Origin: a virus
Reading direction: 5' to 3' (one strand)
IMG/VR virus record: IMGVR_UViG_3300045412_000261
Location: 32,001-96,000 of that record
Length of the DNA stretch: 64,000 bases
Each line of letters starts with the position of its first letter. Positions within the stretch are counted from its first letter, which is position 1. A program made the position numbers and the translations under genes. Below are positions 58,504 to 64,000 of this stretch, piece after piece. Below the pieces are notes generated by a model, which did not search any database, had not been told where the DNA came from, and saw only the letters and a program-made list of their open reading frames with translations.

Positions 58504-60390
58504 TTATGATAGATTTACTACTCTTCCTAATATGTCTTTATTTTTAAATTTAACTTCAAAAATAGATGGGTCTAAAGCAGGATATAAAATATTATTTCTA
58601 GTCGCTGTAGCTATATCGTAATAATTTCCTGAATATCCCTCATCTTCTTTGTATTTATTATGTATATCAAAATTCAATATATTTTTTACACCGGGTACAT
58701 CCTTAATTAAACACATAACTTCACTTATATAAATAGGTTGACCTATCTGCATTTTATCATTAGAAAAATAATCTCTAAGATTTGATAAACATTGTAAAAG
58801 AACTTCATTTGAATTATAAGTAGGGGATGTCAATATTTCAAAACTTATTGCTATATTAATAATGAAAGCATCTCTAATATTTATAGCGTCTGTCAACATC
58901 CTATATTGAAGTAAATAATTTTTAAGATTCATTTTTACTGCCATGTTTAAAGGAGTAAAATTCTTATTATTATCATATCCTAATAAATATAAATTTAAAG
59001 ATAATGGATTTGGAACAAAATCAAATGTTCCATAGGCTCTAGTTTGTGCATCTCTTTCAATATGAGATTTAGCAATAGCTCCAAATTTAGGTGGCATAGT
59101 GTAACATCTTACCATATAGTCGTCTTTTGTCACCGCCCTATTTTGTGATGCAAAGTGATTTATAGCCTCCTCTCTTAAAACTTCTATGGGCTTGTCAGAA
59201 ATACCTCCTCTTGCTGGTTCTGGGTTATTTATAGCAAGAGATCCTATAGCTGCATTATATAGAGTAGAATCTAAAGCACCTAAAGGAGTAAGTACATTTA
59301 TTGATGATATAGTAGTTATAGAATTAGCCGGAACATTATCAGGAATTCCTCCTCCTATTGTATATCGAACAGTTAAAGTAGTATTTGATGGAGCACTACC
59401 ATAAGTCTTCGTGTACAAAAAGTTTTCAGGAGATATGCTTAAATCTACAATTCTTTCAAAATAGTTTAAACCAGATCCTACATTGAAAGGATTTGGTACA
59501 ATTTCTTCGTCTACTTCACTACTAACACCTCCTCCAAATTGTATTTCAGTTCTGTCATCTAATCTAAGTCTAGTAACAAATCTTTTTTCAGTTTGTAAAT
59601 ATGTCAATAAGTATGGAGCCGAGTCTCTATATTGAGATAAATTTTGATCATTATGCGGTAAATTCTGGACTGGAATAGGTATTGTGTCTTGAGCTAAATA
59701 AGGAACTTCGTACCATTTATTTCCGTCCGAATCTGTTATGCTTAGTATTTCTAATACATTAGTTTCTGGTAAAGTTATCTTATTGTAAGGTTTAGGTGTA
59801 GCAAACGTATATTCTCTAGATATAATAGTCCCAGAAACAGCTTTTACTTTTTTTCTAAACAAGTAGTTTTCAACTTCTCCTGTATTATCAATAGAATATA
59901 CAGATATTTCAGTAGGGTCTAATGAAGAACTATATCTAAAATCAATAGAATCTATAGCCCTAAAAGTTACAGCTTCGTCACTAGAAGCTATCATATTAGC
60001 ATCTATAGCTAATGCATATTTAAAATCAGGTTTATTATTAGGTCCAGTTCCAGTAGCAGGAACTATTTGATATATATCCAAATCTACAGATGCTCCTGTT
60101 ATAAGGGCAGGTTTAAAACCTAAAGAATTAGCTATATTATATAAATTAATTTTTTCTTGTACAGTAGATAAAAGAGATTCTCTTAATTGTATATCAGTGT
60201 AAAAAGATAGAACATCTCCAACATAAGATGCTAACTCTATAAACATCATACCCGGGGAGGCTTCATTGAAATCATTATAAGTATCTGGAAAATAGTTTTT
60301 AGAAAAATCTATAAGAGATTGCCTAAATTCTCCAAAATCTTTATTTACATATTTTACATCCTTGCTAATTAAATTACTTCTTTTACTCAT
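58504..60390 (-). CDS. Baseplate wedge protein (T4 gp6 / baseplate J-like)
   Basis: KDFGEFRQSLI, DFNEASPGMMFIELASYVGDVLSFY, EIQFGGG, YTIGGG, QNRAVTKDDY. Confidence 0.9.
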   Translation of the reverse strand: MSKRSNLISKDVKYVNKDFGEFRQSLIDFSKNYFPDTYNDFNEASPGMMFIELASYVGDVLSFYTDIQLRESLLSTVQEKINLYNIANSLGFKPALITGASVDLDIYQIVPATGTGPNNKPDFKYALAIDANMIASSDEAVTFRAIDSIDFRYSSSLDPTEISVYSIDNTGEVENYLFRKKVKAVSGTIISREYTFATPKPYNKITLPETNVLEILSITDSDGNKWYEVPYLAQDTIPIPVQNLPHNDQNLSQYRDSAPYLLTYLQTEKRFVTRLRLDDRTEIQFGGGVSSEVDEEIVPNPFNVGSGLNYFERIVDLSISPENFLYTKTYGSAPSNTTLTVRYTIGGGIPDNVPANSITTISSINVLTPLGALDSTLYNAAIGSLAINNPEPARGGISDKPIEVLREEAINHFASQNRAVTKDDYMVRCYTMPPKFGAIAKSHIERDAQTRAYGTFDFVPNPLSLNLYLLGYDNNKNFTPLNMAVKMNLKNYLLQYRMLTDAINIRDAFIINIAISFEILTSPTYNSNEVLLQCLSNLRDYFSNDKMQIGQPIYISEVMCLIKDVPGVKNILNFDIHNKYKEDEGYSGNYYDIATATRNNILYPALDPSIFEVKFKNKDILGRVVNLS

Positions 60391-60392
60391 TA

Positions 60393-60905
60393 TTATAGTA
60401 TTTGAGCTGCCAAATCATTATTGGAATTATATATTATTATGGTTCGATTAGCACCTCTTTCTGTTACGGAAAAATTTATTCTAACATTAACGGAATTTTC
60501 TGCTTCAGAATATCCGTAATTTTGATTCCCTCCAATAACAACATCTAGACTTATAAGTACTATATAAGGTAGCCAAAAACCGATATCCTCTTCTAAAGAT
60601 GTTTCTAAAAAACCTCTATTAAAAGAACTATTTTGCTCAAATACAAAATCTCTTAAGATAGTTCCAAAAGTAGGATGCATATATCTCTCTCCTTTTCTAG
60701 TCATTAGTAAATTTATTAAATTACTAATAGCTTGATCTTCTGTTGTATAAGATAATTGAAAAGCTCCAACATCTCTAGCGGGTTTTTTATTATAAGCTTC
60801 TAATGGACTTTTAACATAAGTATTTCGATTAAAAGGAAGTAGTATGCCTACTGCTTTATCTAATTTTACATCAGGTGGATATGCCTTATATATTATTCTA
60901 GCCAT
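60393..60905 (-). CDS. Baseplate wedge / sheath initiator (gp25-like)
   Basis: NLINLLMTRKGERYMHPTFGTILRDFVFE, WLPYI. Confidence 0.9.
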   Translation of the reverse strand: MARIIYKAYPPDVKLDKAVGILLPFNRNTYVKSPLEAYNKKPARDVGAFQLSYTTEDQAISNLINLLMTRKGERYMHPTFGTILRDFVFEQNSSFNRGFLETSLEEDIGFWLPYIVLISLDVVIGGNQNYGYSEAENSVNVRINFSVTERGANRTIIIYNSNNDLAAQIL

Positions 60906-61324
60906 TATTTTATTTTTTCCGCTTTCTTAAGCACAGGAGTATAATTTCTAGAAAGTAGCTTATTCATTAAATTACCTCCTTCCGATGAAGGTAATACTAC
61001 TTTTCCATCCATATCAATAACAGGTTCATTTAGATAAGAATTTGATACGTTCGTATTTTCTGTGGTAACAGAAGGGCCGTAATCCATTTCAGAACTATTA
61101 AAAGGAGAAGTACCTGAAAGTAAGGAATCTAAAGACTTATAAGTTTTTGACTTATCGTTTTCATTTTTATATATAGGGGTTGTAATCTTATTTGAATTTA
61201 TAGAAGTGCTAAAATTACTATATGATAATTTATTAAATTCATCCCTAATAATAGATCTTACTTCTTTTTTTAGTTCTTGGGATATCTCTTTTATTAAAAA
61301 TTTTATAAGTGAGTTCTTATCCAT
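60905..61324 (-). CDS. Hypothetical protein
   Basis: 139-aa ORF upstream of gp25. Confidence 0.55.
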   Translation of the reverse strand: MDKNSLIKFLIKEISQELKKEVRSIIRDEFNKLSYSNFSTSINSNKITTPIYKNENDKSKTYKSLDSLLSGTSPFNSSEMDYGPSVTTENTNVSNSYLNEPVIDMDGKVVLPSSEGGNLMNKLLSRNYTPVLKKAEKIK

Positions 61325-61326
61325 GT

Positions 61327-61338
61327 TTATAATAAATA
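61327..61338 (-). promoter_or_regulatory. TATTTATTATAA motif, candidate late promoter
   Basis: Exact copy, 2 nt upstream of the ATG at 61324. Confidence 0.5.
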
Positions 61339-61350
61339 TTTATTTTGTTA

Positions 61351-63303
61351 TCAATTTAAAAAATTAACTTGAACTATTTTACTAAGGTCAACTAATTCAT
61401 GAGATATATGAGCATAATTATCTTTATATAAATAAATTTCTAATTCTTTTCTTATGCAATCAGAATTAACTAATAATTTTTTCTCTACGAGCATAGAATC
61501 TTCTAATATAAATAAATTAGTATTAAGTAATTTGTTTATATCAGTATTGTATTTAAACTTATTCCCTACAATATACCAACCCGGCTTACAGTTTTCTCTT
61601 ATTATTAATATCAAATAAACTACATCTGAAATAATAGCTTGAGTTCTTTTACTTTTTATTATCGAGACTATTTTATAAAAATGACCATAACATCTTCCAT
61701 CAGGATATATGTAATTAATTGGTATGCTTATTAAATCTAATTCAGGATTATAGGGGATTCCAGGGTTTCCAGGTCCACCTGGTCCATTAGGCCCTCCAGG
61801 CCCTCCAGGTTGTCCTGGCGGATTACCTGCACTTGGTCCTTCCGAAGGTGAAGAATTACCTTCACCTTGTGGTGTTCCGGGTAAATTTGCAGGAGTACCA
61901 TCTGGTTCTGTAGCATTTCCACCAACTTCGGGAGTAGGATTTGTATTAGTATTACTAGCACCTCCTAGAGTTCCTGGTAGTTTTACATTAATTGAATTTA
62001 TATAAGAGTCGATAGATAAATCAGGTAAATTACTAGATGGATTACCTATTGAATTAGTTTCAGATTCAGAACCTCCGGGCATATCAGGAGAAGATGTTAT
62101 AGAGCCTCCCACTTTACCGTCCATTCCGGGTATGCTATTTGTGAAGCCCGTAGGAGCAACTCTTGATAATCCATCAGTACCTAATTTGTAATTTGCAGGT
62201 AGTGCAGGAGGTTGTGGAAATCCTTGTGGACATCCTCCTTGCCAAAAAGGACTTATCGTATATCTTTGAAGAGCTAATATGCTAGGAAGCCATTGAGAAA
62301 CTAAAGAGGGTCCAGCAGCTGTCGCTATTCCAGATATTCCGGCTACATTTTTTAATTGTTCCCATAACCCTTGAACAAAGTCAATAAGATCATCAAAATC
62401 AACATCATGTATATCTGTAGTTAATCTTATTTTAGATGCAGATAAATATAATGTTTTTTTAGCAATTAGCATCATATCATCTTTTTTTGCCTGCATAACA
62501 ATCCTATCCGCATTTGTAGCAGATTGAGCTTTACTAAAACTTGGAATACTAGATAAAGGAGCGGGACAAGCTCTTACAGAAACAAACCTAGATAATGCTT
62601 GATCAGAGGTCCAGTAAGTTGTGGAAAAATCATTTGCAGCATCCTCTATCGCATAAGATAATGAATCTTTTATTTGTCTATTTGGTATATCTTTAACTTC
62701 GTTTGGTAATGGTTTATTAGGACCTAAAGGTTTATTTGCCACTATCGTTATTGGATTCCCTGCCTTACCGGATTTCCATGTAGGTTGAACAGCATGTTGT
62801 GGATGATTTCCAGTTCCAATACCTAATCTAATTGAAGATCCTCCTCTCCCCGTAAAAGTTGTATCTCCTTCAAACGGTTGCATAAAATTAAAAGTGTAAG
62901 GCCTAGTAGGAAATGTATTACCGGGTTTTACAAATTCGGGTGCAGGTTTATTATCTTTAATTTTAGACCTATTAGTTACATGAGGGATTTGATTTATTAC
63001 CGGATCATTCGTGGTATTTATCGGGAGAGGAATATAATACATTACTTTATCCAAATTGGGAGCATCTGTACCATCATATCCAGTTAACTCAAATACAACT
63101 ACATGCTCTCCTTTTAATGGAATATTTCTAAAATTTGTAAATAAAGGTCTAGCATAATGAGCTCTAACATTACCTATTAATGATTCCGGATGCAATTTTA
63201 CTTTTACGGATCCTAGTGGAAGAATTCTACCTTTATCGTCTTTTTGATTTTTACCATACGCCTTAAAGGTCTCTATCACTTCCGCCGATACTAAATAGCC
63301 CAT
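61351..63303 (-). CDS. Putative baseplate central spike / gp5-like protein
   Basis: N-terminal OB-fold-like region (ARPL..IPLKGEHVVV), PFEGD..GRGGSSIRLG, beta-helix-like NADRIVMQAKKDDMMLIAKK, then a Pro/Gly linker. Confidence 0.6.
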   Translation of the reverse strand: MGYLVSAEVIETFKAYGKNQKDDKGRILPLGSVKVKLHPESLIGNVRAHYARPLFTNFRNIPLKGEHVVVFELTGYDGTDAPNLDKVMYYIPLPINTTNDPVINQIPHVTNRSKIKDNKPAPEFVKPGNTFPTRPYTFNFMQPFEGDTTFTGRGGSSIRLGIGTGNHPQHAVQPTWKSGKAGNPITIVANKPLGPNKPLPNEVKDIPNRQIKDSLSYAIEDAANDFSTTYWTSDQALSRFVSVRACPAPLSSIPSFSKAQSATNADRIVMQAKKDDMMLIAKKTLYLSASKIRLTTDIHDVDFDDLIDFVQGLWEQLKNVAGISGIATAAGPSLVSQWLPSILALQRYTISPFWQGGCPQGFPQPPALPANYKLGTDGLSRVAPTGFTNSIPGMDGKVGGSITSSPDMPGGSESETNSIGNPSSNLPDLSIDSYINSINVKLPGTLGGASNTNTNPTPEVGGNATEPDGTPANLPGTPQGEGNSSPSEGPSAGNPPGQPGGPGGPNGPGGPGNPGIPYNPELDLISIPINYIYPDGRCYGHFYKIVSIIKSKRTQAIISDVVYLILIIRENCKPGWYIVGNKFKYNTDINKLLNTNLFILEDSMLVEKKLLVNSDCIRKELEIYLYKDNYAHISHELVDLSKIVQVNFLN

Positions 63304-63715
63304 CTTGTAATTCTTTATCTATGCCTGTAAATTCTTTTAATAAGTCATCATCCCCTTTTTGTAACATCTTTAATTCCGTCAATTCTTTTTGTGTTTCTAG
63401 AGATAATTCTTGAAGTAAATGCTCTTTTTCCTCCTCAGTTAAATTAAAATCACCATTAGATATAGACGATGCTCTACTATGCATTCTTTGTACAATAGCT
63501 GCCATTTTTATAAGTTGGTCATCATTTTTAACCATAACATCAAAAAATTCTTTAACAACAGGTAAAACAACAACAGCATCATTTATACTTTGTACAACTC
63601 CATCTAATCCTTTTAGCGTCTTATCTAATTCTTTCCCTCTTTTCTTTGAGTTACTGTAAATCTCTTTTAATAGATTTGACATGCTAAAATCATCAAATAA
63701 TTTTATATCATCCAT
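63263..63715 (-). CDS. Hypothetical protein
   Basis: 150-aa helical ORF (LLKEIYSNS, VKNDDQLIKMAAIVQR). Confidence 0.6.
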   Translation of the reverse strand: MDDIKLFDDFSMSNLLKEIYSNSKKRGKELDKTLKGLDGVVQSINDAVVVLPVVKEFFDVMVKNDDQLIKMAAIVQRMHSRASSISNGDFNLTEEEKEHLLQELSLETQKELTELKMLQKGDDDLLKEFTGIDKELQDGLFSIGGSDRDL

Positions 63716-63716
63716 A

Positions 63717-64000
63717 TTATTTTTTCATGTATTTATTAAATTGTAAATCAAAATCATCTTTAAATATTTTTACTATTTTAGTGATTCTATTAGTATTAGT
63801 CATAGGGATGTTAGATCGTTCTCTTATTAATACATATAATGCTTTCTTATTAAATGCATATAAAGATTTTCGATGTTTAAAGATGTCTATAATAGAATCT
63901 GCAATAGATTTATCTAAATTGTTTTTAAATGTATGTCTAAATTTTTCATATAAATCATCTGTCCATAAATTCATAAAGTCATCTAAAGATTCTTTATAAT
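63717..64000 (-). CDS. C-terminus of a protein that starts beyond the window; possibly a phage sigma-factor-like protein
   Basis: The frame is open to the window edge (..YKESLDDFMNLW..). The C-terminal FNKKALYVLIRERS..ITKIV is HTH-like; the function is tentative. Confidence 0.4.
   Translation of the reverse strand, partial: YKESLDDFMNLWTDDLYEKFRHTFKNNLDKSIADSIIDIFKHRKSLYAFNKKALYVLIRERSNIPMTNTNRITKIVKIFKDDFDLQFNKYMKK

Noticed and set aside
2108-63999. The many other short plus-strand and nested alternative-frame ORFs in the track
   Set aside because: They overlap well-supported minus-strand genes and show no recognisable motifs.
1-64000. Stop-codon reassignment, as in some large phages
   Set aside because: The standard code gives full-length, densely packed genes, and TAA, TAG and TGA are all used as stops.
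1-64000. tRNA, rRNA, integrase or lysis genes
   Set aside because: Intergenic gaps are short and AT-rich, with no cloverleaf or relevant protein motifs seen by eye; a tRNA scan was not run.

Overview
This window is 64 kb of an AT-rich, T4-like (myovirus) large-phage genome with essentially every gene on the minus strand. It carries replication and recombination genes: DnaB/gp41 helicase (partial), 5'-3' exonuclease, UvsX/RecA, gp32 SSB, a short family-A polymerase, primase, a fused Mre11-Rad50 and a T7 endonuclease I-like resolvase. It also carries a nearly complete virion module: baseplate, tape measure, three tail-tube paralogs, sheath, neck, capsid, scaffold, protease, portal and TerL. The standout is a candidate phage collagen-modification system. 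A 760-aa protein fuses a GT4-like domain, a COLGALT-like GT25 domain and a PLOD-type lysyl hydroxylase domain, and it sits inside the head-neck gene block. A 1536-aa fibre has Gly-X-Lys-rich collagen interrupted by a Hint (intein-like) domain and ends in an S74 chaperone. Other signals are a recurring TATTTATTRTAA upstream motif (candidate late promoter), a candidate +1 frameshift in the gp26-like tail chaperone, and A-rich leaders without Shine-Dalgarno sites (suggesting a Bacteroidota-like host). All calls come from motif recognition by eye; no searches were run.
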